In this document: positions 30,491 to 39,727 of the stretch, piece by piece
Layout of the letters: the number at the start of each line of letters is the position of its first letter
Position numbering within the stretch: position 1 is the first letter of the stretch
Origin: Spirochaetia bacterium
Lineage (GTDB): Bacteria > Spirochaetota > Spirochaetia > SZUA-6 > Bin103
Direction of reading: 5' to 3'
Length of the DNA stretch: 64,000 nt
Assembly (NCBI GenBank): GCA_965199955.1
Contig: CBDATQ010000001.1
Coordinates: 32,001 to 96,000 of the forward strand
Notes under the pieces: generated by a model
Told to the model about the DNA's origin: nothing
Database searches by the model: none
What the model saw: only the letters and a program-made list of their open reading frames with translations
Made by a program: the position numbers and the translations under genes

Positions 30491-31458
30491 CCGCGCCGGT
30501 TGGCAGTCGCGTCGGCCTCGGCACCTGGGCGATCGGCGGCCCCGGCCGGCGCGGCGGTTGGGGGACACAGGCGGACGCCGACTCGCTGGCCACGATCCAC
30601 GCCGCCCTGGACCGCGGCGTCGACTGGCTGGACACCGCCCCGCTGTACGGCCGGGGCCACGCCGAGGAGCTGATCGGCCGTGCGCTCGCCGAGCGACCCG
30701 GCGACGGCCGCGGCGTGCGCCTGGCCACCAAGTGCGGGTGGCCGTGGGTGGGCCGGCGCGCCCGTCCATTCGCGCGGCTCACGGCCGCCAGCATCCGCGG
30801 CGAGCTGGAGCAGAGCCTGCGGCGTCTGCGTACCGAGCGCATCGACCTCTACCAGATCCACCACCCGCGCCCGCCGGAGCAGCTCGCCGCAGGCTGGCAG
30901 GAGCTGGCCCGCCTGCGCGAGCGCGGCCTGATCGGCGCCTGCGGCGTGTGCAACGCCACCGTGGCCGACCTCGACCGGCTGCTCGCCATCGCTCCGGTGG
31001 AAGCGCTGCAGGTGCCGTACAGCCTGCTGCGGCGCGACGCGGAAGCCAAGCTCCTGCCCTACTGCCGCCGCCACGGCATCGCCGTGCTGGCCGCAAGCCC
31101 GCTGCACAGCGGCATGCTCGCCGACGGCTTCGACCGCGCGCGGGTGGCGCGGCTGCCCGGCGACGACTGGCGGCGCGGGCACCCCGACTTCAACGACCCG
31201 CGGCTCGCCGGCCACCTGCGCGCGGTCGAGCGGTTGCGCGCGGTGGCCGGCGGCCGGCCGCTGGCATGGCTGGCGCTCGCCTGGCTGCTCGCGCAGCCGG
31301 GCGTGCACGCGGCCATCCTGGGCGCGCGCCACCCTCGCCAGGTGGCCGATGCGCTCACCCAGTGGCCGAAGCTGGAAGCGGCCGAAGTCTCCCGCCTCGG
31401 CACCTTGGCGGCGTCTCCCTTGCCGGGACATCCCAAGTCATACGACCATGGCACGTAG
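30487..31458 (+). CDS. Aldo/keto reductase
   Basis: GLGTWAIGG, DTAPLYG.GHAEE, LATKCG and IDLYQIH motifs. Confidence 0.92.
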   Translation: MTAPVGSRVGLGTWAIGGPGRRGGWGTQADADSLATIHAALDRGVDWLDTAPLYGRGHAEELIGRALAERPGDGRGVRLATKCGWPWVGRRARPFARLTAASIRGELEQSLRRLRTERIDLYQIHHPRPPEQLAAGWQELARLRERGLIGACGVCNATVADLDRLLAIAPVEALQVPYSLLRRDAEAKLLPYCRRHGIAVLAASPLHSGMLADGFDRARVARLPGDDWRRGHPDFNDPRLAGHLRAVERLRAVAGGRPLAWLALAWLLAQPGVHAAILGARHPRQVADALTQWPKLEAAEVSRLGTLAASPLPGHPKSYDHGT

Positions 31459-31465
31459 GCCCGCG

Positions 31466-31651
31466 ATGAGAACGGTGTCCAAATCCCGGTTCAAGCCTCG
31501 GGCGTTCGAATACTCCGCATGGTCGAGCGGCGCGAGACGCTGGTCATCACCGATCGCGGCACGCCGGTGCTCAAGATCACGCCGATCACCGAAGACGACG
31601 ATGCAGATCTGGTCCGTGCTGCGTTAAGACGACCCCCTGGAGCCCGTCGGC
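31466..31651 (+). pseudogene. Decayed Phd/YefM-type antitoxin
   Basis: MRTVSKSRFKPRAFEY / RMVERRETLVITDRGTPVLKITP / SVLR*DDPLEPVG across two frameshifts and a TAA. Confidence 0.75.
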
Positions 31652-32659
31652 AGAAGCGGTGAGCGCGCCGACGATCTTCTCGCCGTCGAAGCGCGCGGTC
31701 TCGATGAAGATGCTGCCGGCCCGGTCTCCTGCGCACACCGAGCCGCAGACGAACACCCCGGGCACGTCCGTCTGGCATGTGTCCGGGTCGTAACGCGGCG
31801 TCCGTTCCGGCCCCTCCAGGGTGACGCCGACCCCCTCCAGCAGGCTCAGGTCGGGGCGGTAGCCGATCTGGACGATCACGGCGTCGTTGGCGATCTGCTG
31901 CGAGCGGCCGTCCTGCTGCACCGTGATCGAGTCGTCGTCGATGCGCTCCACCATCGCAGACGGCAGCCAGCCGATCTCGCCGCGTGCGATGCGGTTCTCC
32001 AGCTCCGGCAGCACCCAGTACTTGGTCTGCATCCGCTCGCCGCGATGGATCAGGGTCACACGCGCGCCGGCGCGCTGCAGCTCCAGCGCGGCCTCCGCGG
32101 CGGCGCTGCGCCCGCCGATGACGGCCACGGCGCGGTCGTAGTAGGGGTGTCCCTCGTCGAAGCGATGCACGACCTTGGGCAGCTCCTCACCTGGCACCCC
32201 CAGCCGCCGCGGCCAGTCGAAGAAGCCGGTGGCGACCACGACGGCGCGCGCGACCGACCGCCGGCTCCGCGATCCGCGCACCGAGGTGACCACGAATCCT
32301 TCAGCGCCTCCGGACTCGTCCCGTTCCAGCGCGACCACCCGTTCGTACTGCCGCACCCGCACCGCGAAGCGCTCGGCCACGCGCCGGTAGTACTCGACCG
32401 TCTCCGCCCGGGACGGCTTGCGCGCCAGCGTCGCGAACGGCATCCGCGCCAGCTCCAGCCGCTCCGGCGACGAGAAGAACACCATGTTGCGCGGGAAGTG
32501 GAAGATCGAGTTGACCAGGCAGCCCTTCTCCAGCAGCACGTAGTCCAGGCCGGCCGCCTCGGCTTGAATCGCGCAGGCCAAGCCGGCCGGGCCCGCGCCG
32601 ATGACGATGAGGTCGTGGCCGGTGACTTCGCCGTTTCCGTGTGCGTCCGTGTCTGACAT
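31586..32659 (-). CDS. ypdA: YpdA-family FAD/NADPH disulfide reductase (putative bacillithiol disulfide reductase)
   Basis: IGAGPAG, EKGCLVNSI..FP..M.FFS, ATGFFD and IFIETAR motifs. Confidence 0.85.
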   Translation of the reverse strand: MSDTDAHGNGEVTGHDLIVIGAGPAGLACAIQAEAAGLDYVLLEKGCLVNSIFHFPRNMVFFSSPERLELARMPFATLARKPSRAETVEYYRRVAERFAVRVRQYERVVALERDESGGAEGFVVTSVRGSRSRRSVARAVVVATGFFDWPRRLGVPGEELPKVVHRFDEGHPYYDRAVAVIGGRSAAAEAALELQRAGARVTLIHRGERMQTKYWVLPELENRIARGEIGWLPSAMVERIDDDSITVQQDGRSQQIANDAVIVQIGYRPDLSLLEGVGVTLEGPERTPRYDPDTCQTDVPGVFVCGSVCAGDRAGSIFIETARFDGEKIVGALTASADGLQGVVLTQHGPDLHRRLR

Positions 32660-33485
32660 CGCTCGCTTCCGCCGCCGTGTACTGGACCACTACCGCCGTC
32701 ACGGCCGCCGGTTCCCCTGGCGGCAGACGCGCGACCCGTATCGGATCCTGGTTTCCGAGTTCATGCTACAGCAGACGCAGACGGCGCGCGTGCTCAAGCA
32801 CTTCGACCCGTTCGTGGCGCGTTTCCCCGACGCGCGCTCGCTGGCCGCCGCCGACCGTGGCGAGGTGCTGGCGCTGTGGAGCGGCCTTGGCTACAACCGG
32901 CGCGCCGTGGCCCTGCACCGCGCCGCGGCGTTGATCGCGAATCGTTTCGGCGGCGAGGTGCCGAGCGGCGAAGAGGATCTGCGGGCGCTGCCGGGCGTCG
33001 GGCCGGCCACCGCCGGGGCGGTGCGGGCCTTCGGCTTCGGGCTGCCGGCCGTGTTCGTGGAGACGAACATCCGCCGCGCCGTCCTGCACGAGCTGTTCCC
33101 GGGTCGCGACCATGTCAGCGACCGCGAGCTTGAGCCGGTGCTGGAGCGGGCGCTCGACCGCGCCGACCCGCGCACCTGGTACCAGGCGCTGATGGATTAC
33201 GGCGCAGCCCTGGGGCGCGGCGGCCCCAACCCCAACCGCCGCTCCGCCCACTACACCCGGCAGAGCCGCTTCGACGGCTCCAACCGCCAGCAGCGCGGAC
33301 TGATCCTGCGCGTGCTGGCCGCACGCGGCCCCCTCTCCTGCGACGAGCTGGCCGGAGCGATCGGCGCCGACGACCGCTCCGGCCGCGAGCGTGCGCTGCG
33401 AAACCTGCGGGCGATGGCGGCCGAAGGCTTCCTCGACATGACCGGAGGCATGGTCGCGCTGGCGACCGGTCGGAGGGAGCCCTAG
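32649..33485 (+). CDS. mutY: Short A/G-specific adenine glycosylase, lacking the Fe-S motif and C-terminal domain
   Basis: PWRQTRDPY.ILVSEFMLQQTQ, WSGLGYNRRA, HhH LPGVGP.TA and ALMDYG motifs. Confidence 0.88.
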   Translation: MSDIARFRRRVLDHYRRHGRRFPWRQTRDPYRILVSEFMLQQTQTARVLKHFDPFVARFPDARSLAAADRGEVLALWSGLGYNRRAVALHRAAALIANRFGGEVPSGEEDLRALPGVGPATAGAVRAFGFGLPAVFVETNIRRAVLHELFPGRDHVSDRELEPVLERALDRADPRTWYQALMDYGAALGRGGPNPNRRSAHYTRQSRFDGSNRQQRGLILRVLAARGPLSCDELAGAIGADDRSGRERALRNLRAMAAEGFLDMTGGMVALATGRREP

Positions 33486-33620
33486 ACCGGCTCGGTTCGC
33501 CCCGTGCTTGCCTCGCTCGATCGCCTTCGGTAGCGTCGCAAGGCGCGTCACGTAGTATGACGACAAGAGACACCGGCGCCTCCCGGGAGCGGTCGGCGCG
33601 TGACGGGCCAGGGGGGGGGC

Positions 33621-36449
33621 ATGGCCGAACTGAAGGTCATCAAGCGCACCGGCGAGGTCGTGGGCTTCGACCGGGAGCGGATCGCCACCGCCATCAGCAA
33701 GGCGGTGCGCGCGACCGGAGAGCCGCACATCACCGCCGTTCTGGGAAACGGCACGCTGCACGACCTGCTCACGGATGTCACGACCGAGATCGAAGACCGC
33801 TTCGTCGAGCTGTTTCCCAACGTGGAGAACATCCAGGACATCGTCGAGAAGCACTTGGTCAAGCACGGCCTCTACGAGGTCGCCAAGCGCTACATCCTGT
33901 ACCGCGCCGAGCACCAGAAGGCGCGCGAGGAGCGCAGGGAACAGGTGGCCGAGCGCTCGCTGCTCGGCAAGCTCACCGTGGTCAAGCGCGACGGCCGCTC
34001 GGTGCTGTTCGACATCTCGGAGATCCAGCAGGCTATCCAGGAGTGCGCGCACGGCTTCGACCAGTCCGGCAGCAAGGGCGAGATCGACGTCGATCTGATC
34101 GCCCGCGAGACGGTGCGCAACGTCTTCGACGGCATCTCCACCGCCGACATCGACCGGGCGGTGCTGCTGGCCGCCTCCTCGTTCATCGAGCGCGACCCCG
34201 CCTACGCCAAGGTGGCCGCCCGGCTGTTCCTGCGCCGCATCTACCGCGAGGTGATCGGCGTCGCCCGCAGCCACGAGGACGGCTACCGGCAGGCGTTCGT
34301 GCGCGGCATCCGCCGTGGCGTCGATCAGGGCCTGTACGACGAGCGCCTCCTGGAGTTCAACCTGGGCCGGCTGGCCGAATCGCTCGATACCGCGCGCGAC
34401 GACCTGCTCAACTTCATGGGCGTGCAGACCCTGCACGAGCGCTACTTCGCCCGCGCCGGCGGTGTGCTGCTGGAGACGCCGCAGGCGTTCTGGATGCGCG
34501 TTGCGATGGGGCTGGCCGTGCTGGAGGAGGACCGCGACGAGCGCGCCGTGGCCTTCTACCAGGCGATCTCCTCCCTGCGTTTCGTGCCGTCGACGCCCAC
34601 GCTGTTCCATTCCGGAACCACCCGCCCGCAGCTCTCCTCGTGCTTCCTGACCACGGTGGAGGACGACCTGGAGCACATCTTCAAGTCGTTCGCTGACAAC
34701 GCGCAGCTCTCCAAGTGGTCGGGCGGCCTGGGCAACGACTGGTCGTCGATCCGCGGCACCGGCGCCCACATCAGGAGCACCAACGTCGAGAGCCAGGGCG
34801 TGATCCCGTTCCTGAAGATCGCCAGCGACGTGACCCTGGCGATCAACCGCTCCGGCAAGCGGCGGGGGGCCACCTGCGCCTACCTGGAGACCTGGCACCT
34901 GGACATCGAGGATTTCCTGGACCTGCGCCGCAACACCGGCGACGAGCGCCGCCGCACGCACGACATGAACACGGCCAACTGGATCCCGGACCTGTTCATG
35001 AAGCGGGTGGCCGACGACGCCGAGTGGACGCTGTTCTCGCCGGACGAAACCCCGGACCTGCACGACCTGTACGGGCAGGCCTTCGAGCAGCGCTACGCCG
35101 AGTACGAGCGCAAGGCGCGCGCCGGGCTGCTTGCGCGGACCCGCACCGTCTCCGCGCTGAAGCTCTGGCGCAAGATGCTGTCGATGCTGTTCGAGACCGG
35201 CCATCCCTGGATCACCTTCAAGGACCCGTCGAACATCCGCTCGCCGCAGGACCACGCCGGCGTCGTGCACAGCTCCAACCTGTGCACGGAAATCACCCTC
35301 AACACCTCGCGGGAGGAGACGGCGGTCTGCAACCTGGGCTCCGTGAACCTGGAGAAGCACGTGGTCGACGGCGTGCTGCAGGCGGATTCGCTGGTTGTCA
35401 CCGTCGAGACCGCGATGCGGATGCTGGACAATGTGATCGACGTCTGCTTCTACCCCACCCCGGAGGCGCGCGTGTCGAACCTCCGCCACCGGCCGGTCGG
35501 CCTGGGCGTGATGGGGTTCGCCGACGCCCTGTTCAAGCTGGACATCCCCTTCGAGTCACAGGAGGCGATCGCGTTCGCCGACCGCTCCATGGAGCTGATC
35601 GCCCACAGCGCCATCCTGGGCTCCTCGCGCCTGGCCGCCGACCGCGGGACCTACGACAGCTATGCCGGCTCCAAGTGGGAGCGCGGCCTGCTGCCGCAGG
35701 ACACCCTGGACCTGCTGGAGGCCGAGCGCGGCCTGCCGGTCGAGGTGGCGCGCGGCGGCGAGCTGGACTGGGAGCCGGTGCGCCGGCACGTGCGCGAACA
35801 CGGCATGCGCAACTCCAACACCATGGCGATCGCCCCGACGGCGACCATCTCCACCATCTCCGGCTGCTTCCCGTCGATCGAGCCGATCTACCAGAACGTC
35901 TACGTCAAGTCGAACATCTCCGGCGAGTTCACGGTCGCCAATCCCTACCTGGTGGGCGACCTCAAGCAGGCCGGCCTGTGGGACCGCGAGATGTTCGAGC
36001 AGTTGAAGTTCCACGACGGCAGCGTGCAGGCGCTTCACGCGATCCCGGCGCCGCTGCGCGCCAAGTACCGGACCGCGTTCGAGGTCGACCCCCTGCACTG
36101 CCTGCGCATGACCGCCGCGCGCAGCAAGTGGATCGACCAGAGCCAGTCGCACAACGTGTTCATGCGCGGCACCTCCGGGCAGGCGCTGAGCGAGATCTAC
36201 CAGACCGCGTGGAAGCTGGGCCTGAAGACCACCTACTACCTGCGCACGCTGGCCGCCAGCCAGGTGGAGAAGTCCACCCTGGGCAGCGAGTACGGCTTCA
36301 CCCAGAAGCGCGCCAATGACGCCGCCGCCAACGGCGCGCCGGCGCCGGCCGGGCAGTCCGCGGCCACACCGACCGCGGACAGCAAGCCGCAGAACGGCCA
36401 GGACGCCGCGGCCTGCAACCTGGACGAAGACTGCGAGGCCTGCCAGTAG
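33621..36449 (+). CDS. nrdA: Ribonucleoside-diphosphate reductase alpha subunit with two ATP-cones
   Basis: VIKRTG and VVKRDG cones; LSSCFL, SNLCTEI, VCNLGS, KTTYY and C-terminal CEACQ motifs. Confidence 0.97.
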   Translation: MAELKVIKRTGEVVGFDRERIATAISKAVRATGEPHITAVLGNGTLHDLLTDVTTEIEDRFVELFPNVENIQDIVEKHLVKHGLYEVAKRYILYRAEHQKAREERREQVAERSLLGKLTVVKRDGRSVLFDISEIQQAIQECAHGFDQSGSKGEIDVDLIARETVRNVFDGISTADIDRAVLLAASSFIERDPAYAKVAARLFLRRIYREVIGVARSHEDGYRQAFVRGIRRGVDQGLYDERLLEFNLGRLAESLDTARDDLLNFMGVQTLHERYFARAGGVLLETPQAFWMRVAMGLAVLEEDRDERAVAFYQAISSLRFVPSTPTLFHSGTTRPQLSSCFLTTVEDDLEHIFKSFADNAQLSKWSGGLGNDWSSIRGTGAHIRSTNVESQGVIPFLKIASDVTLAINRSGKRRGATCAYLETWHLDIEDFLDLRRNTGDERRRTHDMNTANWIPDLFMKRVADDAEWTLFSPDETPDLHDLYGQAFEQRYAEYERKARAGLLARTRTVSALKLWRKMLSMLFETGHPWITFKDPSNIRSPQDHAGVVHSSNLCTEITLNTSREETAVCNLGSVNLEKHVVDGVLQADSLVVTVETAMRMLDNVIDVCFYPTPEARVSNLRHRPVGLGVMGFADALFKLDIPFESQEAIAFADRSMELIAHSAILGSSRLAADRGTYDSYAGSKWERGLLPQDTLDLLEAERGLPVEVARGGELDWEPVRRHVREHGMRNSNTMAIAPTATISTISGCFPSIEPIYQNVYVKSNISGEFTVANPYLVGDLKQAGLWDREMFEQLKFHDGSVQALHAIPAPLRAKYRTAFEVDPLHCLRMTAARSKWIDQSQSHNVFMRGTSGQALSEIYQTAWKLGLKTTYYLRTLAASQVEKSTLGSEYGFTQKRANDAAANGAPAPAGQSAATPTADSKPQNGQDAAACNLDEDCEACQ

Positions 36450-36454
36450 CGCCG

Positions 36455-37450
36455 ATGGGCATCATCAACAACACCGCCACCGACCCCAACAAGATTCTGC
36501 CGCTCCGCTATCAGTGGGCGCGCGGCTACTACAAGGCGGGGGTGGCCAACAACTGGGTGCCGGAAGAGGTGTCGATGCAGAAGGACGTCGAGCAGTGGAA
36601 GGCGCCCGACGTGCTCTCCGACGACGAGCGGCGGCTCATCCTCTGGAACCTGGGCTTCTTCTCCACCGCCGAGTCCCTGACCGCCAACAACATCGTCCTG
36701 GCCGTGTACACGCACGTGACCAACCCGGAGTGCCGCCAGTACCTGCTGCGGCAGGCGTTCGAGGAGGCCATCCACACCGACACCTTCATATACTGCTGCG
36801 ACAGCCTGGGGCTGGATCCGGACGAGATCTACCCCATGTACCGGACCATCCCGTCGATCGAGCGCAAGGACTCGATGGTCATCGAGATGACCCGCTCGAT
36901 CTTCGCGCCCGGCTTCACGACCGCCACCGGGCAGGGGGTGCGCGACCTGCTGCACGACCTGGTCGGCTACTACGTGATCATGGAGGGGATCTTCTTCTAC
37001 GCCGGCTTCGCGATGATGCTGGCCCTCAAGCGCCAGAACAAGATGGTGGGCGTCGGCGAGCAGTTCGAGTTCATCATGCGCGACGAGAGCGTGCACCTGG
37101 CGTTCGGCTCCGACCTGATCAACACGATCAAGGCCGAGTACCCGGACACCTGGACGCCGGCCTTCCAGGACGAGCTGATCGACCTGATCCGCCGCGGCGT
37201 CGAGTTGGAAGCCGCCTACGCCCGCGACGCCTGCCCGCGCGGCCTGCTGGGCATCAACGCCGACCAGTTCGCCGCCTACGTCGAGTTCATCGCCGACCGC
37301 CGCGTGGAGCGCATCGGCCTGCCCCGGCAGTACGAGCGCGAGAACCCCTTCCCGTGGATGGCGCACGCCATCGACCTCAACAAGGAAAAGAACTTCTTCG
37401 AGACCCGCGTCACCGAGTACCAGACCGCGGGTTCCCTCACCTGGGACTGA
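36455..37450 (+). CDS. nrdB: Ribonucleotide reductase beta subunit, class Ic (R2c) signature
   Basis: FFSTAESL, EEAIHTDTFIY, MEGIFFY, RDESVH and NFFETRV.EY motifs. Confidence 0.95.
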   Translation: MGIINNTATDPNKILPLRYQWARGYYKAGVANNWVPEEVSMQKDVEQWKAPDVLSDDERRLILWNLGFFSTAESLTANNIVLAVYTHVTNPECRQYLLRQAFEEAIHTDTFIYCCDSLGLDPDEIYPMYRTIPSIERKDSMVIEMTRSIFAPGFTTATGQGVRDLLHDLVGYYVIMEGIFFYAGFAMMLALKRQNKMVGVGEQFEFIMRDESVHLAFGSDLINTIKAEYPDTWTPAFQDELIDLIRRGVELEAAYARDACPRGLLGINADQFAAYVEFIADRRVERIGLPRQYERENPFPWMAHAIDLNKEKNFFETRVTEYQTAGSLTWD

Positions 37451-37591
37451 CCTCCGGCAGAGACGGCCGGGTTCCCTCGGACCGATCGTCACGAGATTTT
37501 TTCGTGGCATCGCTTGACGATTGGCGCAGTCGTCGGCCATCTTGGACGGATCGACCGTGATGAAATCACGTATCGATGGAGAGGCGATCTC

Positions 37592-38917
37592 ATGATAGTC
37601 AGTTTCTCGGTCGAGAACTGGATGTCCTTCCGCGACCGGGCCACCCTGTCAATGGTCGCGACCCGTGAGCGCCAGCATGCCGAGCGCTTGGCGCGGCCTG
37701 AGAAGTACCAGATGAGGGTTCTGCCGGCCATGGCGCTTTACGGCGGTAATGCCTCCGGCAAGACCAACCTCTTCAAGGCGCTGGCCTTCGTGAAAGCCCT
37801 GATCGTCAACGCCACCCAGCCCGACAGCCGAATCCCGGTGATCCCTTTCCTGCTGGACACGGAGTGCGTCAAGCAGCCATCGCGCTTCGATCTCGAACTC
37901 CTGATAGACGAAGTGGTCTATGCCCTCACTTTCTCGGTCACCTCCGACACCGTGCTTGAGGAACGCTTGGTGCGAATCGGAAGCAGCACCGAGCGGACGC
38001 TCTATCATCGACACCACGGGCAGTGCGAGTTCGACCCATCCCTCGACGAGGAACCGCAGTTTCTGAACTTCGCGTTTCGAGGGACCCGTGACAACCAGCT
38101 CTTCCTGACCAACTCGGTGTCGCAGAACGTACAGCAGTTCAGGCCTGTCTACGACTGGTTCAAAGACCGCCTGAGGATGATCGCTCCCGACTCACGATTC
38201 CAAGCGGGAGAGCTGTTTTTCCTTCAGGATCATCCCGCCACGGTGAACATGAACGAGATGCTGAGAGTCCTCGATACCGGGATAACTCAACTAGGCAGCA
38301 GGCAGGTGCCTTTCGAGAGCATCCCGATTCCGGAGTCGGCGAAGAGCAAGATCGAGGAACTGACAGGTGAAGGAGAAGTCGTGTCTGTGCGCGATTCAGT
38401 CAACACGTACCTGGTGGTTCGCAAGAAGGACGATCTGATCGCCCTGAAACGAGTCACCGCCCACCGCAGGACTGATGGTACGGAAGCCACCTTCGATGTT
38501 GCTCAGGAATCGGACGGATCACAACGGCTCATCGATCTCCTGCCCGCGTTCCACGATCTTTCTGCCGGCCAGTCGAAGAGCGTCTACGTCATCGACGAGA
38601 TGGACCGCAGCCTGCACACCTTGCTGACTCGACGGCTGCTCGAGGACTATCTCGCTTCCTGTACGGCCGGGTCCCGGACGCAACTGCTGCTTACGACCCA
38701 TGATGTGCTGCTGATGGACCAGCGCTGGCTGCGCCGCGATGAGATGTGGGTAACGGAGCGTGCCGCTCACGGCGCGTCAGGCCTCTTCTCCTTCAGCGAA
38801 TACCGGGACGTCCGGTACGACAAGGACATCCGCAAGAGCTATCTGCAGGGACGATTGGGCGGCATCCCTCGTATAACACCGGCGGGATCGATGCAGATTG
38901 GCACGGAAGAGACGTAG
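37592..38917 (+). CDS. AAA_21 ATPase (RloA/AbiLi-like)
   Basis: FSVENWMSFRD, YGGNASGKTN, ESDGSQR, IDEMDRSLH, QLLLTTHD and YLQGRLGGIP motifs; lower GC. Confidence 0.9.
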   Translation: MIVSFSVENWMSFRDRATLSMVATRERQHAERLARPEKYQMRVLPAMALYGGNASGKTNLFKALAFVKALIVNATQPDSRIPVIPFLLDTECVKQPSRFDLELLIDEVVYALTFSVTSDTVLEERLVRIGSSTERTLYHRHHGQCEFDPSLDEEPQFLNFAFRGTRDNQLFLTNSVSQNVQQFRPVYDWFKDRLRMIAPDSRFQAGELFFLQDHPATVNMNEMLRVLDTGITQLGSRQVPFESIPIPESAKSKIEELTGEGEVVSVRDSVNTYLVVRKKDDLIALKRVTAHRRTDGTEATFDVAQESDGSQRLIDLLPAFHDLSAGQSKSVYVIDEMDRSLHTLLTRRLLEDYLASCTAGSRTQLLLTTHDVLLMDQRWLRRDEMWVTERAAHGASGLFSFSEYRDVRYDKDIRKSYLQGRLGGIPRITPAGSMQIGTEET

Positions 38918-39512
38918 CTTCCGAAGGCCGGCCGGCCGACGGCGCTATCGGAAACTGTATGTCATCGCTACGGAGGGTCGTAAGACCGAGCCGAGCTACT
39001 TCGCAATTTTCAACGATCAGTCAGTGATTCACGCGCACTGCGTGAAAGGCGACGACCAGAGCTCCCCGCTGCACGTGTTGCAGCGCATGGAGCAATACCT
39101 CCAGCGTCACGAAATCACGAAGACCGATGAGGCTTGGCTGGTGGTCGACAAGGATGGATGGTCTGACGAGCAGTTAGTCGAACTCTACCAGTGGTCACAA
39201 AGAGCGCGCAACCGCGGTCTCGCTCTCAGTAATCGCAAGTTCGAGTACTGGCTGCTGCTCCACTTCGAGGACGCAACCGACATCGGTTCGTCACGCGACT
39301 TGTCCCGCCGGCTGCGACGACATCTCCCCAACTATGACAAGGGCGTCGATGGCCGCAAGCTCACCAAGGACATGATCCGTCTGGCAGTTACCCGAGCGAA
39401 GGAGCGGGATCTTCCTCCATGTGTGGATTGGCCACGTGCGCCGTGGCGCACGACCGTCTACCGGCTCGTAGATAACATTCTCCGATCGCAAGCCGCATCG
39501 CGGCAAACGTAG
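38898..39512 (+). CDS. rloB: RloB family protein (AbiLii-like)
   Basis: IATEGRKTEPSYF, WLVVDKD, SN.KFEYWLLLHFE and TTVYRLV motifs; overlaps the ATPase stop. Confidence 0.88.
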   Translation: MARKRRSFRRPAGRRRYRKLYVIATEGRKTEPSYFAIFNDQSVIHAHCVKGDDQSSPLHVLQRMEQYLQRHEITKTDEAWLVVDKDGWSDEQLVELYQWSQRARNRGLALSNRKFEYWLLLHFEDATDIGSSRDLSRRLRRHLPNYDKGVDGRKLTKDMIRLAVTRAKERDLPPCVDWPRAPWRTTVYRLVDNILRSQAASRQT

Positions 39513-39568
39513 CAGATCGGCCGGCTCAATAGCATCATCCCAGAGTCGGTTTCCTCGGCACTCTCCCG

Positions 39569-39709
39569 GTCACGGAGCCGATTGACCAGATGGAGGACCG
39601 GGGCCGGCCCGTCCTGAGCCGGAAAGATCGATACCCCACTCCCGAATCCCGGCGCGCTCTCCGGCTGCAACTCCTCGAGAATCAGTTCCGAAGCGACCTC
39701 TCCCAGCGA
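39569..39709 (-). pseudogene. C-terminal remnant of a CopG/VapB-like antitoxin
   Basis: SLGEVASELI...GVSIFPAQDGPAPVLHLVNRLRD resembles VapB39-type C-termini; the N-terminus is missing. Confidence 0.45.
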
Positions 39710-39727
39710 CACTGCGCATCGCACGCG

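Noticed and set aside
33486..33620. NrdR boxes or a riboswitch upstream of nrdA
   Set aside because: No convincing match to the NrdR consensus or a cobalamin riboswitch by eye
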